Shown here piece by piece: positions 1 to 13,872 of a stretch of 64,000 nt of DNA. The notes beneath the pieces are model-generated. The model searched no databases and had not been told where the DNA came from. It was given only the letters and a program-made list of their open reading frames with translations. The position numbers were made by a program, and so were the translations under genes. Position 1 is the first letter of the stretch. Each line of letters starts with the position of its first letter. Source of the stretch: Octopus vulgaris (lineage: Eukaryota); assembly GCA_951406725.2 (NCBI GenBank), contig OX597814.1, positions 55,676,001 to 55,740,000 on the forward strand, given 5' to 3'.

Positions 1-24
1 ACAAAACCTGAATAATAACCATAC

Positions 25-63
25 CGGTCATTTTCCATAAATTCAAAATTTCCAGATCCAATG
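25..63 (-). CDS. Candidate 39-nt internal exon of an unidentified minus-strand gene (IGSGNFEFMENDR in phase 2)
   Basis: Minus strand reads polypyrimidine tract tctctctcttgtctacAG | CATTGGATCTGGAAATTTTGAATTTATGGAAAATGACCG | GTATGG. Length is a multiple of 3. It is open in phase 2 and also in phase 1 (LDLEILNLWKMT). Confidence 0.55.
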
Positions 64-3000
64 CTGTAGACAAGAGAGAGAAATTATTTAGAAAATTAAC
101 GAATGTGTTCTAAATATTAAGAGGTCAATGAACTCTGGTTAATTTTAAAATATTTAATTACAGTGTATCAAATTAGCTAAGTTTGTGAGATATGGCTTCT
201 ACTGAAAAGGTATTTCATGTTTGACATAATATATTTATGAAAAGAAAACTAGCTTCTAAAGTTACAAAGTTTTGAAATGTGTAAATATGTTGGAAATTGA
301 TAAAATTTGGACAAACACAGACTAAATATTAAACTAATTCAGTATATAAAGTTATATTTATTATATCTATAATCTTGTTACAAAAGAAATCCTCTCTATA
401 TATTTTAGGTTCTAGGTAAAATGGCATAGATATTTGAAGAACTTCAGTTTTTTAACATTGTTCAGTTCTGCTAAAGTTAATTTTCTTGATAGACTGCACA
501 GTGAGCCTTTACTAAAGTGTATAAATGGAGGCATTGTCAACCAAATTAATGGCAGGGGCTAATATTGTATATGTATAAAATACTGGATGAGTATGTACTG
601 CCCAGTGAACAAGATAAAAATTTACAGAATAAAACAAAATACTCCAGATGTCATGTAACCATAAAAACATATAAATATATCTTTTATCTTTTACTTGTTT
701 TAGTCATTAGACTATGGCCATGCTGCAGCACCACCTTGAAGAATTTTCAGTCAAATGAATTTCCTTAAAGCTCTAAAGTATTGATAATATTACTGAAGAT
801 CAGTTTCTGATGACAAATACAAAACAATGCTATTAAAGATTCTCATATAAAAAAGCATTTGAGTTTCTTTGGCAATGGTTTATCATCTTCATTGTCCTCA
901 CTGTCTCAGCTGTCTCCAATGAGAACTTAATCTGCAATTTCTTCTTCTGTTAACTTCTATATTTTCTAGCCAGTTACTAATGTTGCCTTCTCCAACACCT
1001 CTTTCATTTGCTGCCCTCTTAAGTAATGAGAATTTCTTACTTAGAATCTTTCAGAATAGTAATTTACATCCACATTGTACAGAAGTTTTCCTCAACCCTC
1101 TATGAAGCTGCGAAACTGAATATTGCAGACTTGAGATTACAGTTCTTAGGGTAACAGTGAGTGTTTCATTCTCATGTGTCTTCTTTAAACTTATCCTCTT
1201 CTATCAACAACTTCATTCAAAAATCTTTGTTGATGTAATCTGTGACAAGCTACAATTATGCTTTAACAGAGAGGCTGGAATTGTGAAGGTAATTCTAGAT
1301 GGCAAGAATATGCCACCTAGGATTGCCTTTCCCATCATTATTGATCATCCAAGTGAGCAGGTATGGCATCCAATACTTGACACACCTTCATCCCTATCAG
1401 AACGAAGTTTGAGGACAACTTCCTAGTATTTATCCATTGTAGAAATGAAAGGTAAGAAGGACCAGACATTAGATATAACTGTTGAACCACAACTTGAAAA
1501 GATAACAATGCACTGCTAATTCATATATTACATCTTTCACATCTTGTGAGCAAAATGATCTCTCACCTTCACTAACTTTAAAAGATGCATATCATCTGCA
1601 TTTGTGCAACACAACACTAAAAAAACATTCCTCACTTCATTTAGAACCAGATAGTGGTGACTTCATTCTGAAAAGCTTGAATATTCCAGAGAACTTATTG
1701 TCAATACAACTCAGTTTTAATCACATTATACACTTCAGAAATTAGGATCCATTAAATTAGTTAAAATTCTTTCTGAATTATTTAATTTCCTCAGTTAGTA
1801 TGCTGTTTGTTTCATCAGGTGTAAGTTTACTACCTATTCTATGGTAATTTCCAAATCACCATGACCATCCATCACTATCTTGAAATTCTTGATGCCCTGT
1901 TTAAGTAATGCTCAAAAATAAACATACAAACGATAGGTTACTTTGAGCTGACTTAGTTTTTGTTTCTGTACATACATTTTATTATGATAAAGTAAACTTT
2001 ATTAGACAGGTGTGTAAAAGCAATTAAGAAAGAGTAAGTCATATGTATGTAAAAGGCTGAATATAGAATATTAGAGAGAACGTAAAAGAAAATATTTAAA
2101 AAAACTGGATATGTACTAGTGAAATGTCATTCACCATTAGTCCTTATTTCTACTACTCTCCTATTATCCTACCATATTTCCCATACATATAATGCAACAA
2201 GCTGTCAAGTGTAAAGTGCTACCTCAGGACAACTTGCATATTTCATATCAGGGACCCAAAAATTTAACTTTCCATCATGACCTATGATTATATTATTGAA
2301 TGATATTTATGATGGCTTTACTATTTTTAATGGATATGCAGCACTCATCTAGAATATACACTGTTACAACACTGATATCCAAAAATAATGGTAGATATCA
2401 AAACTGACAGTTTCTCTCTCAACTTAGACTTCTCTGATGTTTAGCTAAATGGGGTATAATTTAATGAGGTTTTTCACTGCACCTAATAATTACCTAATAT
2501 ATGCTACTTAACTGCTTTTTAACATGAACGCCTGTTGACAAATGTTAATATTTCTCTCAATATCAAGACTATATATTTTTAAGCATACTGATTCTTTTGT
2601 TTTTTCATACCATATTTTAATAAAAACAAACTGAATATTGATTCATTACATTAATGAACTGAATAATAATTCATTACATTAATGCAAATTTATAATGGAA
2701 TAAACTGAGACTCTAAGCTATTCATCTCCTTTTAAAAGACATAGCAATGTAAGCAAAGGAAAATGTTTACTACAAATAACTGAAACTGAGATTGCTAATT
2801 TAACTTTTGATTTACTTCAGCTATTTAATCATTGATATATGATTTTTAGACTAAAAAAAAAAAGAGAAAGAGAGAATGAAAAATATGCAAACAGGTTAGA
2901 GTACTGTTTTTATTAGAATGCTGCAATGTTTTGATTTTTATATTATTGAATTCCAACACACTTCCAGCCTCCTTACAAAAACTCCACAGTTGTTTTTGGA

Positions 3001-4687
3001 TAATGTTTTTAGATGTAATCAAAAACTTAGTAAACAGTATTATAAAGTCTCATTTAGTATGCAACAGATATCTGTCTTCTGTTATTTCCCTTATGTATGA
3101 CATCAGCTGCTCTCACAGATCAGCCATTCATATCCAGATTCTTCAGCTCTCAACAGAATATATCTTCACAAAAGACTTAGAATAAATTCAATGGAGAATG
3201 GGTAATCTTAACCAGTTATTTCTCTTGCAACTTTTCCTCTCCCAGAAATATAATATCTACCACTCTATGTTGTAATAGGAGACCAAACTACATTCTATAT
3301 CTTAAGTATATGTAAATACAGTTTCCCTATGTGTTTTGTGTTTGCTTACATAAAATATAGATATATTCAAACTGTACAAACACAGAATTGTCTTACATTT
3401 ACAAATATTTGTTCAATTAATGAAACAGTCAGGTTATAGATTCCTTTCTTACCAATCCCCAAACTCATGTAAATTAAATTTAATACATAGATGGACATGA
3501 CCTTTTATATTTGCACATGTATTCTGATAGCTATGGTCTAATATGATAATTGATTGAGAGAATTCAAAGCAGTGATTTTGCTTGGTCAAAGATGGCAAAC
3601 CTTTTTTACAGAAATCTTCAAGTCATTTTGAACTAACATCAATTCATACTTGATTATGTACAGTCAACCATGTATCTCCATGTATCTTTTACTGTTTAGT
3701 CTGAAGAGGGAGTGGAGGAGTATGCCTATAAACTTTATGAACTCTTCAAGACATGTGTAATTGATGCTAAACTAGAAATTCTGCAGATCAACGTTTTCAG
3801 ATGAAACATTCACAAAGGAGTTCTAGACAGCAAGAAGAGTTATGCAAATACTTATGTTAAGGTTTGGGTGGTGTAGGGATGATGAAAAGAGAAGTAATTG
3901 CATCATATGAGTTTGAACAGGTTCAGTGATTTCAGAGAGTAGAGACCACCACAGTTCAAGTAATAAAAGAGGCAGGAGAGGAGACAGTATGTCAGGAGTC
4001 CAGTAACAATAGCATAAATTGATGAGTAAATGTGAGCCTACCAGGTTTTAATGTGGTCTAGAATTCCAGACATCAATTCCAGACACATGTGGATAGTTTT
4101 TGCACACTATACAGGGTTAACAGTTGTTTTATAACTCTGAAATGTCTTTATACAACATGTTTTATTTATTCTCATCATGCATACAAGTAAGCTATCATTT
4201 ATTTGTAATATATTGCCATATCATCTGTTGAAGTATTAATGACCAAACTGCTTAGTAAATGCACATAAATATAAACTTGGTAGTTAGATTAAGTGAATTT
4301 GTGAAAATGTAATTATTCTCAGAGGTCATCTATATAACATTTTACACTTAATAGTGGAAGAAAGCACAAAATAACTAGTTTGAATATTAAAAAGCCTAAG
4401 TAAGGTTAGTCATCAATAAATATTTTTATTTTACTTGGTTTGTCAATGTTCTAACTATTCTTTCACTTACTTAACTATCGATTAGTATGTGAATCGTGTC
4501 TCACAATAATTTAATGTCTCTAGGCCTAGTTTTTGTATGAAGAGAAATCATTTGCAAACTTTTCTCTTAAAGTTCAGACTGATTATGTTTTCAATGCAGT
4601 TAATATTCTAAACTGCTAGTAGTAATGCATTTAAAATCATTAACCATTAGATTAATGCTGCTCTAAATAAAAATTTTATGTTAACAT

Positions 4688-4862
4688 ATCATCATCATCA
4701 TTTAACGTCCATCTTCTATGCTGGCATGGGTTGGACAGTTTCACAGGAGCCGGCCAGGTAGAAGTCTGCACCAGGCTACAGTGTCTGCTTTGGCATGAAT
4801 TTATGGCTGGCTGCCCTTCCTAACACCAACCACCCATAGAGTGGACTGAATGCTTTTTCTCA
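4688..4862 (-). mobile_element. SINE family A fragment, (GAT)n-tailed and RTE-associated type
   Basis: catcatcatttaacgtcc...catgggttggac...gcccttcctaacaccaaccac motif, shared with copies at about 13183, 20657, 32291 and 46330. Confidence 0.75.
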
Positions 4863-5208
4863 TTGTCAGTTAACATAAAGTTACAAAACCATGTAACTGA
4901 AGATGCGTCAAAAAATTTAATGATATATAAAGTAGTGCTCCCCTACCATCTACTCATATACAAAGTGATAATTGCATCCTGGATAATGTTAAGTTACAAA
5001 GATTTCTGCAGTTGGTTAATACTTAAGTTCTTGTTTATTTTCAAAACTGAAGAATTGCCTCCTGGATTTTGTTTTAATGTTTTGTTCATATTTTGCAATT
5101 GTTGTCTATCTATCTATTTATATCAACTTGGAGTTGATTGTTCTAGTACTCTGACAGGAATCAGGACTTCAAATTTGTGAAATGTGAAGGTATAATCAGT
5201 AGTATGAA

Positions 5209-8200
5209 CAGCCATGTAGCCAGCCGATTGCAACTGGAGGTGCTATCTTGATAGCTGGGGGTGCTGAACAGGGGTACAGACAAAAACCCCTACTTAAAGT
5301 GTGAAAGTGGACAAAATCCCAATGCTTATATTTTTCGGTTATTTTTTCGTTTTTTTTTTTTTTTACATTTCTTGACGCCTAGCCTGGCCAAAACTTCTAA
5401 TATACTTCGCTTTTATTTTCATTTTACTTGTTGCAATCATTAAACTGAGGCCATGCTGGGGCATCACCTTGAAGAATTTTTAGTCGAATGTATCAACTCC
5501 AATATTTTTTTTAATGAGTTTCAACAAGCACATAGTTAAGCCTAAAAGGTCTTTCCACATGCTAAAGATAACAGCCAAATCTTTAAACGTTATTTTTATA
5601 TAATTTCAAATAAACAAAAACAGAAACTGTGGTTGTAAAAAAAACAACACTTTCATACTTTAACTATGGGGGTTTGTTTGAGGGGCTTTTGTCTTAGGAG
5701 GCTTTTTTTCTAAGGATCTTTCATATTAAACCCGCTGAACAGAACTCTAAAAACTGTAATGCTTATAAAATTTGATTAAGTCTCTGTTGTGTGGGAAATA
5801 GAACACCCACAAGGTAGAACGGATGGATTAGTCCACTAGGAAAAATATGGTGGAGTAATGCCAATAGATTGATGGAAGGTCGGCTGTGACCCAACAGCTC
5901 ATGAGCAATCTGTCGACTCAGGAGTTTGAGTAGGGTGAGCGGACAAGCATCTAGTACTATCTCTTAAACAGACTTAATATATTATTTTATTACGTCGTAC
6001 GAGAACTATACAACACAAGTCTCTCAAAAAAATTCAGAACATGAAATAAAATCAGGTTACATTTATTTAATACAACTGCAGTCTATGGCAACACAAGGCA
6101 AAAAATTTAAGAAAATCATCCTTGTCTATACTTGATTTGTATCTATTAAGGGAAGCAAGTATCATGAGGTTTGATTTTCACTGGTGCTTCATATTTCATT
6201 GAAAGGGTGTCATGATTCGAGTTAGCATCAAAAACGATGATTCACATGTAGCTGTGCTAGATCCAGATGTTAATGCTGCACCATACAAAAGATAAATATT
6301 TGGAAAGGCTTCCTGTACAATACGTAAAGATCCAAAAATATCAAGCAGTGTCATCATATTTTGTTTGGAAATGTATGCTTTAGCCACAGCAAGTTCAGAA
6401 AGTAAGGCCAAATTTATTGCAATTAACTAAATTGCTCAAAGGTTTTAAAGCATCAAAATCCAAAAATGTCTTGGACGTTGGTAATAGTCTTGCCAAGGAA
6501 GAATATATACTATCGTTTTGCTCTGAAAATCTATTATCTAGGTTTCCCAAGCTTCCGTCAATGATTGTGAAATAAATTTTGTGGTGAAAGGTTATCCAGT
6601 CATCTTGTGTTGGTACCAGGGTTTCAACAACATAATCTGAAAAACGTCGGGACCTGCTAGCTTTTTGATGCATGTGTTCCTCAATAACATTAAATTGACT
6701 CATTTGTTTTAGAATCTCATCAAATATTAAAGAGTTTCTCAGTTTGGTTATTTCACTCTTGGCAATCTTAAGAAGCCCAAGGCCATGGTGTATATCACAT
6801 TTGTGACTCTGAAGCTGTTTGTCTACTGGTCTAATTATATGCAGAAATTTGCCAAGAACAAGGGTGTAGGTCGCATTTTTTAAAATTGTGCTGTAACATT
6901 CCATTGGCTTTGAGTCTTTCTCTAATGTGTACTGGAATAATTTCATAAAAAGACCACAAGGCTGCATGTCATCTTCCGAATAAAGATCCTGAAAAGCTTC
7001 ATTTTCGTTTCCTCAAAAAGGCAATTCGTTTGCACAAAGAAAATGAACAATATCAACAATGGAACTGATATAATAACTGTTTTTGCTCAACTGATCATTT
7101 TGCAAGATTGAAAACACGGATATTGTTTTGGATAAATGCTGTTGACATTCCTTCCATATTACCACAGCTTGGATATGGGATGCAGAGTTTGCATGCTTAT
7201 TTAAATTTTTTTTTCTTTTGCATGATTCATTTTTCATAAAACAAGTATCATCTTGAGTAGAAGTATTAAAGTGTCAACAAGCAAAACAAAGCTTTCTTTG
7301 AAAGAGAATACTCTAACCATAAATGACCAGTATGCCAGCTTGACAAGAAGTCACATCTCTGATTTCCATAAATTTTTGGATCAAATTTTGCTAGAACTGG
7401 CTGCAATGGTTGGCAGTTAACCTGTCCTAGATCATCCAATGAGGGTGTCAAAGATTTTGCAAGACCTCCCTTGAGCTGCGAAACTTTGTTTGCAATTCTC
7501 TTCTGTTTAGCATTATTAGATGAATCAGATTGGAAATTCAGCAATGATTGCTTCAGTTCTCTTTCTCAGTAGTGATTCATTATTTTTGGGCACTAATATT
7601 CGCAATAATTAATTCTAAGGTAGAATATTGTAGTAAGAGTAACAATTTCTTAAAATTTATGTATTTTTAAATTAAATTTGTAATTCAAGCAATTTTTTTT
7701 TTTTTCAATTTCTTCAAAGTTATGTTTTTTTTAGTTAAACACAAAATGATTTCAGTATAAACTTTGTTCAAAGAGTAAGAAAAATTATTCAGTGGAAGTT
7801 CTCACCTGAAAAATCCTTTCTGAATGTATATTTTAGGAAATTTCAAAAATTTTCTTTCCTTATTCGCGAGTAATAAACCTCTCTGACTAGTAGAAATAAA
7901 ATGACATTTTAATGTCTGTCTCTCTTCATATATACATATACGTGTGTAGTGATGCGTTAATTACCATAAATCTCTATACTTTTCAACAACAACAATGACA
8001 ATCACCAGCACCATCACTGCCATCACCACCATGATCACCACCACAACAACAATTGACCCAGTGTCAGCTACACTTTAATTTAACCCACAGTTGATGACCA
8101 GGTCAGCAGTAAATTCTACGATAACAATTACAGCTACAACAAACACTTTGACCAGCTCTAATTTACCCACATTTTCATATCACAAACTACTAAATCAAAA

Positions 8201-8384
8201 GAAATTCAATTTATTGCATCTTTAGTGACTTGAGATATTGCTTATGAGAAAAAAAGAAGGCGGCGACAATGTATTATTTCAAAAGTGGATAAAGCAAATT
8301 CTCATACGGGAGGGAAGTGGGGGCTGAGATTCTAACTGGGGGTGCTGAGCACCCCATAGTCCCCGCCCCATGGCTACATGCCTG
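5209..8384 (-). mobile_element. hAT DNA transposon (ZMYM1-like / DUF4371 type), internally deleted, non-autonomous
   Basis: 14-bp TIRs CAGCCATGTAGCCA (5209-5222) and TGGCTACATGCCTG (8371-8384), 1 mismatch. Perfect 8-bp TSD AGTATGAA at 5201-5208 and 8385-8392. Transposase remnants inside. Confidence 0.93.
6100..7544 (-). pseudogene. Disrupted hAT transposase
   Basis: ORF pieces: TTF-type zinc-finger motif (FLSSWHTGHLWLEYSLSKKALFC), KHANSASH, VDIVHFLCANELPF, GLFMKLF, LDNRFSEQN and the hAT dimerisation motif (FPNIYLLY...STATCESSF). Broken by frameshifts and stops. Confidence 0.9.
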
Positions 8385-9227
8385 AGTATGAAATGAAGTC
8401 CTTATATTATTCAGATGATTTTCAAGATACAACAGATAATTTATATTTAAGTCGTTTTAATAATAGTGCAATATGCTAGTGTAAAAAAGGAAGTTCAAGA
8501 TATTTTGCAACAAATGGCTTTTCTCCTCTCTGCAAAAGATTGGCTGAATGCTTGTGTAAGGAAGTTAATAATACAGGCCATTGAATAAGGAAGACCTAGA
8601 AAAGGTATGGTGAAATGGGGCAAGAAGGGCTTATTAGATATGAAACATAAACTTGTATGAAAAGGGAAGCATAAATGAATGAATATTAAAAGCATCAGTC
8701 AATATATCCCCTTCTGCCAAAAAGTCAACTGCTATTGTATACAAAAGAAAAAATAAGAATTGTGTATGCTAACAGTATAAGGTACCTCTGGTAGAGAAAT
8801 ACCAAGGACAATATGGGAAGAAGTGATGAAGTTAGATTTAAAGATTTTGATTCTAACAGATGACACAAGATTAAAATGAAAATCAATATACTAAAACAAA
8901 TATGTCCAACTCAAACCAGAATGAAAAACAGACATTAAATCAAAGACAACAAATGAAGACAATTTTCCATTTTTATCCAGTTTTTGAGAAGCATTATCTG
9001 TATATAAAGTAACTTAGAGGACCATCTAAATGTATAAGAGAATCCTGCTGAACACTTGGTTTAACATATATTTAAGTTTTCCCATAAACTAAATTAAGTA
9101 TCCTCACAAAATATACATAATAAACTTATTTTAAGCACCAATTCCAACATAGACTCTACAATCTATTTATCCATATCCACCAATGAAAGAGTCTCTATGT
9201 ATTTATTTGACTTGCAAGAAACAGTAG

Positions 9228-10135
9228 TTAGATTTCCCTGAAATTACAACATAGTATCTTAAAAACAAACACATTGGATACTGTAGTCCAAGACAAACTA
9301 TATCTGAAAAAGGTAATGCTCAAACCTCCGTTGATCATTATTCTGCTAAATAAGGAGTGCTCTGAAGCTAAACAGTAACAATAATAATTTGCCATCTCTA
9401 GATTTTCTATTGTCAACCGGATTACAGCATAAAACCTCTTGTTAAATAGCATTATCTGATCAACAAGGACAGAATATATCATCAAAGATAATCTATCTTT
9501 TATGTTAATGCATTGCATATTTTATCAAATATTTCCTTGTAAAATGTAATCATTTCATCTGATTCTAATAACACCTTAATGACATTATTGATATTTATAT
9601 GGCTATAGACTGTGCTAATAGTGTCCCTTTTATTATCAACAGTGCGATTACTTCTAATAATATTAGCCAACAATTTCAACACATCACTATAAACATTAAT
9701 ATTGCAAGTAGTGTAGTGGTTAATAGTGTGGACAACACAGTCATTCTTTACTCTAACATTCCTGGTTATTATGTATATTATTGTTTCTCTCATTGCTATT
9801 GACTTTCATTATCATTATTTTTATGTTTAAAAGTCATTAGTGAAGGAAAGATAAATATCATCACTGAAATTACTGATAAGTTCACCTTTCAACCAATTAG
9901 GGCATTTAACCAAAGCTAATTTAATTTCATTACCTTTATTATGTTTGATAACATCATAAAATCTCTTTTGGATATATATACTTTTATAACTAGTATGTTA
10001 TTTACTTTGCGAAAATTGATTATTAAAAAGCAATTTAAACCTTAAAATAGTCAAGAGAAACCGAAGCTTTTTATTGAGAGTATTTAAGAAAATATCATCT
10101 ACATAATTGCCATATAAACTTTTTATTGTTTTAGT
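9228..10135 (-). pseudogene. Cluster of three tightly packed intronless ORFs of unknown, possibly viral, origin
   Basis: Frame 10135-9827 is open for about 100 codons except one TAA at 9998-10000. ORF 9793-9500 (97 aa) has a visible RNY codon bias. ORF 9518-9228 (96 aa) overlaps it. No family recognised. Confidence 0.4.
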
Positions 10136-10169
10136 TTAGAGAAAAGGATTGTGCTTATAGTATTGGCAG

Positions 10170-10920
10170 GTCCTTCAAGACCAGCAAGTTCAATGCCATT
10201 AATGCTTCTTTTAAATAGTTCTAAGTCAAAGTATATAAAAAGGGAGGAATTCCATAGGGCCAGCATTCTAGAGAAGAAAAACTGAGCATTGGGATTAGTG
10301 CAAATTCTGGAGGAGTAAACACAATATGACTAATAAGATCATCATTGTCATATTTATCCATTGAACGCTTTGTGCACTTAGATTATCTCAATAAAATATG
10401 GATGTAAACTCTTTTGAGTTTGGTGATGATTTGGGTTTCCATGATCTACATAGAAGACACTTCTTCACTATAATGGGATTTTATTTATTTATTTGTTTAT
10501 TTATTTATTCATTGACCATGAAAGGAGGAGAAGCAAAATTGACCTCAGAATGCATAGAGCCGGAACAAATACCCCTAAGTGTTTAATATGATTTTCTAAT
10601 GAGACAGCTAGTTCATCAATGAGAAGAAGAGAGTTGAGTAAGGAAAGAGTAACCGAATGGAGATGGAATGAGAGACCAAAAAGCTTCACAGAGAAGAGAC
10701 CACAGTAGTAGTGGTATGAAAAACAGAGAGAAGACAGTACATCAATCAGCCAGGGACTGAGACAGTCAACTGAGTAATCTACATCTGAATGTCGCATAGG
10801 ATGTCTGAGTGCGTAATGGTAATACCATCCATTTGTGGGAACAATAGCCCATTGTGAGTGTCACTTGAGCTTTGTAAAGTGTCAGTAGTTCTGGCTCTAA
10901 AGAGGAAAGTGAGTCTTTGT
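10170..10920 (-). mobile_element. Decayed CR1/L2-like LINE 3' fragments
   Basis: Minus-strand translation near 10200-10300 gives FFFSRMLALWNSS...FDLELFKRSIN, resembling the CR1/L2 ORF2 C-terminus. Confidence 0.5.
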
Positions 10921-12089
10921 AATGCAGTATTTATTAGATTTGGTTTGTTAGAAAACAATAAATTTCATACTGTTTACTAGAATATACTGATAAAATAAGT
11001 GTGGCACATTAGTTCAGATAAAGATGTCAGAGTTCAGAGAAGAAAAAAAATCTTAGTAGTTGATTAATATCTTTTAATATAATTTTCTTCCAAAATATGT
11101 AGTATGGTGGAACATCAACTAAGGATGTTGAGAAGACCAAAATCATCACTTAGAATTATCACATTGATATAATTAATCACACATTTGAGAGAATTTTACA
11201 AATTCGGTCAATATAATGCCTCTGTCTGATCTGAAATCATATGGTGATTAAATAAGCAAGGTGAAGTGTGACAGTCTAAGCAGACCTATCCTGCCTTCTC
11301 TCCCTCTCTCTTTACATCTCTTCCTGCTTCTCTTTCCAAACTCTTTTTGCAAAGTTCTTTAATGATAGATACTGCAATGATCCAGGGCATATAATCTGTT
11401 CAATACCTGATCAGAAAGCATAAGGAAAAAAATTTGTATAAATTGTATAAAAGATTATTGGTGTTCCAATTATATCTATAATAGAAACTTTAACAAGACT
11501 TATATCTATAGAGAGAAGTCATTATTATCTCTTTCACTAGTCACACAAATCACATACACCTTATTTTAGTATTACATGCCAGACAGTAAAGTTATATTTA
11601 AACCTATGGAACCATGATCACAAATAGTTTTATATCACGTAACTGTAAACTTCTTGTTAGTATTGACAATACTCTGTGTATAAGTATACATCTGTTTACA
11701 TTCTTTGTCTCTACAATTATTACTGTAATTATTGTACTATAATCGTATTTACTGTGAAAGATTAAAGGTCTGGTAATTCTTAGTAATATCCCTTATCCCT
11801 TCACATTCTGTGTTTAAACTGCAAGAATTGATTTTACTTTTTGTCCTCTTGAATTCAATAAAAAAATGTACCAACCAAATATTGGGGATCAGTTCAATTG
11901 ATAATACAAATTTAGAGCCTTGTGACAATATAGGAAATCATTCTTGTGGTATTTATTTCATTATATGTATTTTATTGCTTGTTGTTATTTTTATTTGATA
12001 CATATGAACCACAACAGGTGCAAGTCAGGAAGCTAACTTGGTTTGCCCTCTTTGTAAATAATGATAAAATGAGTGGAATTTTGAATATA

Positions 12090-12958
12090 CAGGGTACGAT
12101 GGGTAAATTGTCACCATTTTATATTTCTAATTTCGTGCAAGCACATTTTTTTTTCTTGATTTTGTTGTCTACATAGTATAGTAGGATTAGTTGGGCACTG
12201 TCTCTGAGAAAAACAGCACCACGACACAATTCCTTCTGCTAGAAATTTAGAAACAACATGCTGTACTGCTTGACATTCATGCCAGAAGCTCCAATACAAA
12301 CATTTCAGAGTGTTTGGGTATCAATCTGAGGACAATACATGTACTGAGAATGATAAAAATGAAACATCCATTCAACATCACAGTGTTTGGTGTGATCACT
12401 AGTGATGGCGATGTTACACCTCCATTTATCTTCCCACACGGTCTCAGACTCAACACAGGCCTACAGGCCTGGAGGAGGTAGTGCTGCCCTGGGATAAGAG
12501 GGTGGTTGCTGGAAGAGCCTATGTCAAACAACTGGACTCTGCATCATGTCACACAAGTAGGAGAACCCAGTCATAGCTGTCAGACAATTTCTGCGACCAC
12601 ATCACTGCTAACATCTGGTCACCTAACTCCTCAAACTACAGCCCCCTTGATTACTATGTGTGAGGTACAGTGGAGCTGAAGATCAATAAAGCTTTTTGTA
12701 ACACTAATGATGAACTGAAGGCAAAGATTATGGCAGCATTCACCAACTTAAACAAGGAGATGGTTCAGAAAGTTTGTAGGAAATTCTGAAGTTGTCTGGA
12801 GGCCATGGTTGAAGCCAATGACAATTTTATTGAATAAATTTAATCTTTAGTATTTCAACATATTTTTATGTAATTTTGGTAAATATATCTGTTAAAATGA
12901 GATGTCTGTTATTTTCATTTTTGCGTAATTTAGATGACAATATATTCACTGCACCTTG
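12090..12958 (+). mobile_element. Tc1/mariner superfamily, maT (DD37D)-like deletion derivative
   Basis: TA flanks at 12088-12089 and 12959-12960. Imperfect TIRs of about 25 bp (cagggtacgatgggtaaattgtca versus rc caaggtgcagtgaatatattgtca). Remnant motifs KHPFNITVFGVITSDG, QLDSASCHT and WSPNSSNYSPLDYYV. Confidence 0.8.
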
Positions 12959-13182
12959 TATATATATTAATACTTTTTTTTATATTATGTATAAAAACAA
13001 TTTAATGTTAACCTGAAAGATACTCAATACTTTTTAATGGTGTACTTATTTATTAACTTTTACAACAAAACGGTTGACAGCAACTTTGAAGTTTTGACAT
13101 GCTCACTTTCATCAGACTATCCAACAAAGCAAACAAACTGAAACTACAAAGTTAGTGTCAACTTTTTCCCTGTGGAAATTAA

Positions 13183-13219
<37 letters not shown>

Positions 13220-13340
13220 GTTTAGCGTCCGCTTTCCATGCTGGCATGGGTTGGACGGTGCAATTGGGGTCTGGGAAGCCAGAAGGCTGCACCAGGCCCA
13301 GTCTGATCTGGCAATGTTTCTAGGGCTGGATGCCCTTCAA
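13183..13340 (-). mobile_element. SINE family A fragment with (CAT)n tail
   Basis: (cat)n-cgtttagcgtccgctttccatgctggcatgggttggacgg...gatgcccttc. Confidence 0.8.
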
Positions 13341-13830
13341 CACACATATATATATATATACATATAGGTAAGCGTTCACACACACTTGCATACATAATTG
13401 TTTGTATGTGTATGTGTATATTTTGAGCATGTATGTGCATGTATTTATATAAACTATACAAGAGGTAGAAATAGAATAATTTCATAAGTGCCCTCGCACA
13501 AAACTCTAGCCTCTTGACTCATTTATGTAGCTTGTCAGCAAGTAACTGTCTACCCCTATGGTGAGTTGATATGTGTGCTCCAAATTATACAATACAATTG
13601 CATATTCACAAATCAATGCAACTAAAGAAAATTAACTCATCAGATCAACAGAACATGGGTACATCAATGATTCAACTCTCATTTCCTTGCTTTGTATTGC
13701 ATTCAACTCTATGTTACACTTCTCTTTACTGGATCACTATGTGGTCTGTTAGCTGAGTCCATTAGAAGAGCTCTCTGTGATAGCTGCATGATTCTCTGAA
13801 TCCATATTTTATATTATAAATTTTATATAT

Positions 13831-13872
<42 letters not shown>

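Noticed and set aside
860-1900. Possible pogo/Tigger transposase remnant (minus strand KLTEEEIA...DSEDNEDD)
   Set aside because: Too decayed: no TIRs or catalytic motifs could be confirmed by eye.
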